From Desulfobacteraceae bacterium (GTDB lineage Bacteria > Desulfobacterota > Desulfobacteria > Desulfobacterales > Desulfosalsimonadaceae), in the NCBI GenBank assembly GCA_027353395.1, contig DAIEHU010000001.1, positions 1-33,217 of the forward strand: a stretch of DNA of 33,217 bases. Reading direction: 5' to 3'. How positions within the stretch are numbered: the first letter of the stretch is position 1; every line of letters begins with the position of its first letter. The notes under the pieces were generated by a model that ran no database searches, was not told where the DNA came from, and worked only from the letters and a program-made list of their open reading frames with translations. The position numbers and the translations under genes are program-made. Below are positions 17,036 to 23,111 of the stretch, in pieces.

Positions 17036-18178
17036 ATGGATTTCGCATTCACCAAAGAACAATTGATGTTCAAAAAAGAGATTATCCGGTTCGCCAAAAA
17101 AGAGATTGTCCCTCGTATTCAGGAACATGATTTAAAAAAGCAGTTTGATTTTGAATCGTTTAAAAAGCTTGGAGAGTTCGGCATCCTTGGTTTGCATTTT
17201 CCCGAAGAATATGGCGGGAGCGGGGCGGATGTCATCACCACCGTAATGGCCGGCGAGGCATTGGGAGAAGCGGGTGTTGACGGGGGTCTGACGTTGGCCT
17301 ACGGCGCTCACACCTTCCTGTGTGCGGACACCATTTTTTCTCATGGCACCGAGGCCCAGCGGAAAAAATACATCCCCAAGCTGGCCAGCGGCGAATGGAT
17401 CGGATGCATGGGCCTGACCGAACCGAATGCCGGCTCGGATGTCGCCTCCATGACTACCACCGCTGAAAAAAAAGACGGCAAATACGTCTTAAACGGCAGC
17501 AAAATATTTATCACCAACGGACCCATCGCCGATGTCGCCGTGATTTACGCAAAAACCGATCCGTCGCAAAAACATACCGGAATTTCAGCCTTTATCGTTG
17601 AAAAAGGGACTCCTGGATTCGCATCCGGCCCCAACCTGATTAAAATGGGCGTCAGCACTTCCCAGACGTCCGAACTCTTTCTGAACAACTGTGAAATTCC
17701 GGCGGAAAATATGCTTGGCCGTGAAGGCGAAGGATTTAACATGTCTCTTCAAACTGTGGAATGGGATCGAAGCGCCCTGCTCGCTCCTTTTGTGGGCGCG
17801 TCCACCTACATGCTGAACCGGTGCGTGGAATACGCCAGCAGCCGGGAACAGTTCGGCAGGAAAATCGGCCAGTTCCAGGCCATCAAACAAAAAATCGCCA
17901 ATATCCGCATTTTCGGCGAGGCGGCCCGCAACCTCGTCTACCGGATCGCATGGTGCAAGAATCAGGGACGGCCCATGAATCACCTGGAAGCTGCTGTAGC
18001 CAAACTTTTTGTCGGCGACTGGAGTCTGGCCCCGGCCAATGACGCGGTTGTTCTTTTCGGCGGCTACGGCTACTGCCACGAGTATGATATGGAGCGGATT
18101 TTCAGAGACAGTCGGCTGGCCCCCATTGGCGGCGGCACATCCGATATTCAGAAAATGATTATCTCCAAACTGATGTAA
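17036..18178 (+). CDS. Acyl-CoA dehydrogenase
   Basis: The 380-aa ORF has the ACAD signature GLTEPNAGSDVAS, FITNGPIADV, FGGYGYCHEYDMERIFRD and IGGGTSDIQ. AGGAG (17025-17029) precedes the ATG. Confidence 0.9.
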   Translation: MDFAFTKEQLMFKKEIIRFAKKEIVPRIQEHDLKKQFDFESFKKLGEFGILGLHFPEEYGGSGADVITTVMAGEALGEAGVDGGLTLAYGAHTFLCADTIFSHGTEAQRKKYIPKLASGEWIGCMGLTEPNAGSDVASMTTTAEKKDGKYVLNGSKIFITNGPIADVAVIYAKTDPSQKHTGISAFIVEKGTPGFASGPNLIKMGVSTSQTSELFLNNCEIPAENMLGREGEGFNMSLQTVEWDRSALLAPFVGASTYMLNRCVEYASSREQFGRKIGQFQAIKQKIANIRIFGEAARNLVYRIAWCKNQGRPMNHLEAAVAKLFVGDWSLAPANDAVVLFGGYGYCHEYDMERIFRDSRLAPIGGGTSDIQKMIISKLM

Positions 18179-18222
18179 AGAACCTACGGACATTCCAGAG
18201 CGAAAAAAAGAGGAGAACACAA

Positions 18223-19359
18223 ATGAATTATGACTTCAGCGATAAAGAATTTAATCTTTTTGTGGAAATACATACGTTGATGGGGACATTCGCGAAAGAG
18301 AACGATTTGGAGACCAAGGATGCGGAAAAATCGGAGAAAAACACCCGACGGGCCCTGGCGCTCCTTTCCAGAACCCCTTATTTAACATTGGGTATCGAAA
18401 AAGCAGATAATTATAATGGTCTGCTCACGCTCATGGGCGGCATGGAAACTATCGCTGCGGCTTCGCCGTCTCTGTTTTTATCCATCGAAACCAGCACCCG
18501 GATTTTTGGACGGATTTTAAGCGCCTGGGGCAGCGCCTCCCAAAAGGAAAAACTGCTGCCGGCCCTGTTGAACGGTCAGATCATCGGTGCGGTTGGCTTA
18601 TCGGAAGACGCCATGAACGTGGACAATGATCCCCTGATGACCACGGCGGTGATGGACGGGGACAGCGCAATCATTTCCGGACACAAACAGTATGTGGTGA
18701 ACGGCCCCGTTGCGGACTGGTTAGCTGTCGCGGGAAGGCTGGACGGGAAAAACGCCATTTTTCTGGTTGAAAAAGGGACGCAAGGGCTCTCCATTGGTGG
18801 AAAAGCCGCTACCTTGGGCTATGAAGGCGTTGCCATTTCCAATCTGATGTTCGAAAACTGCGCTATTGCATCAAGCCAGGTGATCTTTCCCGAAAATGAC
18901 AAAACGATGTTAACCACGCTAAAGCTATGGGAAAACCAGATTCTTATCGGAGCGAGCCTGGGGCTCATGAAAAGGGCATTTGAGTCGGCAAAAGTATATG
19001 CCAAAAAACACAAAACCGGAGGAAAGCCGATCATCGCCTATCAGGAAGTCGGGTTCAAATTGGCTCAAATGCTGACCCTGTTTCAGGCTTCTCAATTATT
19101 TGCTTACAAGGTCGCGTGGGCGGCGGATGCCGAACCGAAGGACATTGAATCATTAACTCTTTGCGCCAAGGTGTTCTGTACGGAAGCCGCCGAGCAGGTG
19201 GCCGGCGACGCCATGAAAATTCTCGGCGGTTCGGGATTTTTATCCGGAAACCCTGTGGAAGAAGCATTCCGCTGCGCCAAGTATGGGCAGATCGCTGGAA
19301 CTTCCACTGAAATTTCGCGGGTCAAAATCGGCGACAGCGCCTTGGGTTTGATGAAATAG
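18223..19359 (+). CDS. Acyl-CoA dehydrogenase-fold protein with degenerate signature motifs; possible non-FAD partner subunit
   Basis: At 378 aa it has ACAD length and layout (VVNGPVADW, ILGGSGF, IAGTSTEI). The signature-1 block reads GLSEDAMNVDNDP instead of [ST]E..[GA]G[ST]D, and signature 2 is also off consensus. Confidence 0.8.
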   Translation: MNYDFSDKEFNLFVEIHTLMGTFAKENDLETKDAEKSEKNTRRALALLSRTPYLTLGIEKADNYNGLLTLMGGMETIAAASPSLFLSIETSTRIFGRILSAWGSASQKEKLLPALLNGQIIGAVGLSEDAMNVDNDPLMTTAVMDGDSAIISGHKQYVVNGPVADWLAVAGRLDGKNAIFLVEKGTQGLSIGGKAATLGYEGVAISNLMFENCAIASSQVIFPENDKTMLTTLKLWENQILIGASLGLMKRAFESAKVYAKKHKTGGKPIIAYQEVGFKLAQMLTLFQASQLFAYKVAWAADAEPKDIESLTLCAKVFCTEAAEQVAGDAMKILGGSGFLSGNPVEEAFRCAKYGQIAGTSTEISRVKIGDSALGLMK

Positions 19360-19377
19360 AAAAGAGAAAGACGAACC

Positions 19378-20052
19378 ATGCCTGCAAAAAAATTAATAAA
19401 AGAAGAAAATTTATCCAAATCCGCCCAGCGGCGGCAGCGGGAACGGGAGCATCGCTATCAGACCATTCTGACAGCGGCTGAAAAACTTTTCGCCACGGAA
19501 GGCTACCACAAATCCAGCATGGAGCAGATCGCCAATGCCTCTGAAGTGTCGGTGGGCGCAGTTTATTTTTATTTTAAAAACAAAGAGGATCTTATCATTC
19601 AGCTCTTGGATGAAATCGGATATGTACTTCGAAGCACGCTGGGCAATGCGTTTAAAAAACATGGTCCCACCATGGAAGGCTTCAAGCAGGCGGGGTATGC
19701 TTTTTTTGAAGACTTCTGCGTAAACTACCCGGAAAAATGCGCCATTATCTTCCGGGAATCGGTCGGCAACAGTCCCGAACTGGAGGGGCGCCGGAAAAAG
19801 CTCTTTGAAAAATGCACCGGCGACGTGCGCTCCGCCTTACTGTCGGTTTGCGAGAATCAAGGGCTGAAGTTTAAGGGGCAATATTCGGCTGAAGTGATCG
19901 CCGTCAGCATTATGGGGATTTACGAACGCGTTGCCTATCAATATTTGTTCTGGCAGGACGCCTCCAACGATATCCGTCTCATCGGCCGCGACGCTGTGGG
20001 TTTTATCACCGGCGGCGTCAACTATCTGCTCAATGAAATCTCATGCACTTAA
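19378..20052 (+). CDS. TetR/AcrR-family transcriptional regulator
   Basis: N-terminal HTH region: ILTAAEKLFATEGYHKSSMEQIANASEVSVGAVYFYFKNKEDL. Length is 224 aa. Confidence 0.9.
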   Translation: MPAKKLIKEENLSKSAQRRQREREHRYQTILTAAEKLFATEGYHKSSMEQIANASEVSVGAVYFYFKNKEDLIIQLLDEIGYVLRSTLGNAFKKHGPTMEGFKQAGYAFFEDFCVNYPEKCAIIFRESVGNSPELEGRRKKLFEKCTGDVRSALLSVCENQGLKFKGQYSAEVIAVSIMGIYERVAYQYLFWQDASNDIRLIGRDAVGFITGGVNYLLNEISCT

Positions 20053-20615
20053 AAGGCGCTTTGCATACCCATACGACCTGTTCCGACGGTGAACTGACCA
20101 TCGAAGAAGCCGTTCGGATATACACCGGACTGGGATTTGATTTTATCGCCCTCACGGACCATGACTACCTCATGCGGCCGGACTGCTACAGGTCGGTCGC
20201 AGCCCTGAAGACCGCTCTGATCATTTTTACCGGCGTGGAAATGACCGTTTTTGAAAAGGGGTACGTGCATGTCAACCGGATTGATGGGGACAAGGATGTT
20301 CTCCATGTTTTCAATCATCCCTCAGAACTCGATCTCCCCATGGAAAAAGCAATTGAAAGGATTTGCGCTGTCTCGGAAAAGTTTCCGCTGGATGCGGTGG
20401 AAGTGACTTCCAAGGGATTCCGTGCCCCCGAATTTGAAATTCCGCGAATCCCGTTGCCGAAAGTCGCCACGGATGATTCCCATACCCGGATCGGATGCGG
20501 AAGGGCATGGATTGAGATGGATTGCATGAGGGATAAAGACAAAATCATCCGGGCTATCCGGCACGGGGATTTTTGGAACTGTTACACGGAAACCCGTTAT
20601 TTGTTTATAAAATAA
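20043..20615 (+). CDS. Minimal PHP-domain metal-dependent phosphoesterase
   Basis: The 190-aa ORF has HTHTTCSDG, ALTDHD, GVEM, FNHP and TDDSH, which is the full PHP metal-ligand series. Its start overlaps the TetR stop by 10 nt. Confidence 0.7.
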   Translation: MHLKGALHTHTTCSDGELTIEEAVRIYTGLGFDFIALTDHDYLMRPDCYRSVAALKTALIIFTGVEMTVFEKGYVHVNRIDGDKDVLHVFNHPSELDLPMEKAIERICAVSEKFPLDAVEVTSKGFRAPEFEIPRIPLPKVATDDSHTRIGCGRAWIEMDCMRDKDKIIRAIRHGDFWNCYTETRYLFIK

Positions 20616-20652
20616 AAATATATAGCCCATTCAAATGAAGGAGGGACATGCA

Positions 20653-21813
20653 ATGGCGAAAAGAGTTGGTATTTGTGCGGTTGCGCAGACAACATATGAG
20701 CGCGACAAAAAAGACATCCGGTTTCAGGGCATGGCCCTGGAAGTTCTGGAAGCGCTCCGGAAACAGGTGGATGTCACATTTTCACGGCATGTGAAGGGCG
20801 CTAAAGGCGTCGATATGTCCATCAGCGTATCCGACGATATATTTGACGCCCGGACCATCTCGGACAATGCAATGACGGATGTCCTCGGCGCGCATTTCGG
20901 ATGCGAGGAAAAGGTCGCTCAGGAAGGGATTCAGGCATTGTATTACGCTTTGGCCGCAATCCAGTCCGGACACAACAATATGGTGCTGGTGATGGGCCAC
21001 TGCAAGGAGTCCCAGGCGCAAAGCCGGAACATGGTGACCCACATGGCCTTTGATCCCTTTTTTACCCGTCCCGTGGGAATTGATTTCTGCGCAGCGGCTG
21101 GTCTGCAGGCCCAGGCATACAGCGCCAAATCGCAAATCACGGATGAACATCTGGCGAAGATCGTCGTCCGCGCAAGGGAAAACGCATCCAAAAACCCATG
21201 TACGCAGGAAATCGGCAAAGTGTCCGCGGAAGAGGTCATGGCATCTCCGATGCTGGTCGATCCCATTCGCGAACTGCACGCCTATCCGGTTTCGGACGGG
21301 GCTGTGGGCATGATTCTCGCCACGGAAGATACCGCCAAAAAAATATGCAAAAATCCGGTCTGGATTACCGGCGTCGGCAACTGCATGGACAGTTTCTTTT
21401 TGGGCGACCGCGATTTGACTTCCAATTTCGCCCTGAAAAAGGCCGTGCAATATGCGTATAAACGAGCCGGTATCACAGATCCCCGGTCCGCCTTTGACGT
21501 CATTGAATTGTCCGACCAGTACGCCTATCAGCTTCCCATGTGGGCGGAAGGCATCGGTCTCTGCGATGCCGGGAAAGGCGCGAAATGGCTGGACGGCGGC
21601 GGGCCGGTTAAACAGAACGTCAATACGTCAGGCGGTATGCTGGCCGGCAACCCGCTGATCTTGGGCGGACTTGTCCGTGCGGCGGAGGCGGCCATTCAAC
21701 TGCGCGGCGAGGCCGGGGACCGTCAGATCAACAATGCAAAAACAGCCATCGCTCATGGCGTTATGGGGCCGGCAGGTCAATTTCATTCAGTCATCACATT
21801 GGCAAGGGCTTAG
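20653..21813 (+). CDS. Thiolase-fold protein A (SCP-x/Ltp-like) lacking the canonical catalytic residues
   Basis: Thiolase-fold blocks are present: YPVSDGAVGMILA, NTSGGMLAGNPLILGG and QLRGEAGDRQ. Ala occupies the nucleophile position (KVAQEG). ATG 20653 follows AAGGAGGG (20638-20645); the ORF-track start at 20635 is an alternative. Confidence 0.85.
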   Translation: MAKRVGICAVAQTTYERDKKDIRFQGMALEVLEALRKQVDVTFSRHVKGAKGVDMSISVSDDIFDARTISDNAMTDVLGAHFGCEEKVAQEGIQALYYALAAIQSGHNNMVLVMGHCKESQAQSRNMVTHMAFDPFFTRPVGIDFCAAAGLQAQAYSAKSQITDEHLAKIVVRARENASKNPCTQEIGKVSAEEVMASPMLVDPIRELHAYPVSDGAVGMILATEDTAKKICKNPVWITGVGNCMDSFFLGDRDLTSNFALKKAVQYAYKRAGITDPRSAFDVIELSDQYAYQLPMWAEGIGLCDAGKGAKWLDGGGPVKQNVNTSGGMLAGNPLILGGLVRAAEAAIQLRGEAGDRQINNAKTAIAHGVMGPAGQFHSVITLARA

Positions 21814-21823
21814 GAGGCGAACA

Positions 21824-23002
21824 ATGAAAAAAAATAGAAATGTCGGCATTATCGGAGTAGGCCAATCCGTTTTTTCAAGCCATCGGGAAGAGGTGAACCA
21901 GCCGGAAATGATTCATGAAGCGGTTCTCGAGGCATTACAACATGCGGGAATGACCATTGGGGATGTGGACTGCATCGTTCATGGTAATATGGAACTCTTT
22001 GAAATGATTCATCAGCCTGATCTTTGGCATACCCTGGGCACCGGCGCTTATGGCAAGGAAACCCTGCGGGTCACCACCGGCGGCACCACCGGGGCCACCC
22101 TATGCTGCACGGCGGATTATCTGGTCTCATCCGGGCTTCACGACGTGGTGCTGGCTATCGGTTTTGAAAAGCTCCAGGAAGGGCATACCACCGGCGGCAT
22201 CACCAACATGGCCGATGCGCTCTGGGCCAGACAGCTTCAGACCGGCGCCTTAACCGGTATGACAGCCGCCCAGGTCATCGAAGAATTTGGCGAAGAACGG
22301 GCGAAAAAAGCCGCCATGAAATACAGAATTATCATGGACAAACATGCCATGAAAAATAAAAAAGCCCACCGCCGTCTGGGCCTTGAATTTGACCAGGCGG
22401 ATGACCTGATGGTCAATTCTCCGGCCCTGGTGGGTGAACTTCGCATGATTCATATGTGTTCCCAGTCTGATGGCGCCTGCGCCATGATTTTCGCCTCCGA
22501 GGAAAAAGCCAAACAGTTCTGCAAGCAGCCTGCATGGATCAAGGACCATATTACAGTCCACCGGGAAGAAAGCTTCTGCCTTTTCGGCGACGCGCCCGTT
22601 GTCTATTCTCACCGGTATGCTGCTGAAAAATTGTTTGAACGCAACGGTATCAAGAATCCGCGCAAAGAAATCGATATGTTTGAAATGTATGACCCGTCTT
22701 CCTGGTGGGGGCTTGACTGGCTCCGGCAGTTTCTGCTGTTTGAAGGGGATGAACATCTCAAAATGGTGGAAAATGACGATATCACCATTGACGGCAGCTT
22801 TCCGGTGAATCCATCCGGCGGCGTCACGGCATCGAATCCCATCGGGGCCACGGCCATGGTAAGGGTGGCGGAAGCGGCTCTTCAAATTATGGGGGACGCG
22901 GGCGATCATCAGGTCAAAAAGACCGTTAACCAAGCCTTGGCATCGGGATTCGGCGGGACCATGTGGACGGTTCTGTTCCTGCTGACCCGGAACGTCCCAT
23001 AG
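21824..23002 (+). CDS. Thiolase-fold protein B (SCP-x/Ltp-like) lacking the canonical catalytic residues
   Basis: AIGFEKLQEG, CSQSDGACAMIFASEE and NPSGGVTASNPIGATAMV are present, with Gly at the nucleophile position (TTGGTTGA). ATG 21824 follows AGGAGG (21812-21817). The ORF-track start at 21671 overlaps gene A and is rejected. Confidence 0.85.
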   Translation: MKKNRNVGIIGVGQSVFSSHREEVNQPEMIHEAVLEALQHAGMTIGDVDCIVHGNMELFEMIHQPDLWHTLGTGAYGKETLRVTTGGTTGATLCCTADYLVSSGLHDVVLAIGFEKLQEGHTTGGITNMADALWARQLQTGALTGMTAAQVIEEFGEERAKKAAMKYRIIMDKHAMKNKKAHRRLGLEFDQADDLMVNSPALVGELRMIHMCSQSDGACAMIFASEEKAKQFCKQPAWIKDHITVHREESFCLFGDAPVVYSHRYAAEKLFERNGIKNPRKEIDMFEMYDPSSWWGLDWLRQFLLFEGDEHLKMVENDDITIDGSFPVNPSGGVTASNPIGATAMVRVAEAALQIMGDAGDHQVKKTVNQALASGFGGTMWTVLFLLTRNVP

Positions 23003-23043
23003 TAGGTGGGGATTCTTTCCCGACAAACTGAAAAATACCCATT

Positions 23044-23062
23044 GCCGGGTAAGAAACCCGGC
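23044..23062 (+). terminator. Weak intra-operon hairpin (attenuator or processing site?)
   Basis: GCCGGGT-AAGAA-ACCCGGC gives a 7-bp stem followed by CTGTTTTA, in the 109-nt gap between gene B and the ligase fusion. Confidence 0.25.
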
Positions 23063-23111
23063 CTGTTTTAAAGATTAAACATATCAAAAAGCCATCTTTG
23101 AGGAGGCAGAA

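Noticed and set aside
21671-21823. A 51-codon N-terminal extension of thiolase-fold B given in the ORF track
   Set aside because: The extension overlaps the 3' end of gene A and is Arg-rich with no homology to B'. ATG 21824 has a strong AGGAGG SD and aligns with the B' N-terminus (KKNRNVGI[IV]G[IV]G).
20653-23002. The idea that the Cys-less thiolase-fold genes are decaying pseudogenes
   Set aside because: Both are full length with no frameshifts or stops and have good RBSs. The same active-site substitutions and many invariant blocks are retained in the diverged paralogues A' and B'. That pattern indicates purifying selection on a changed function.
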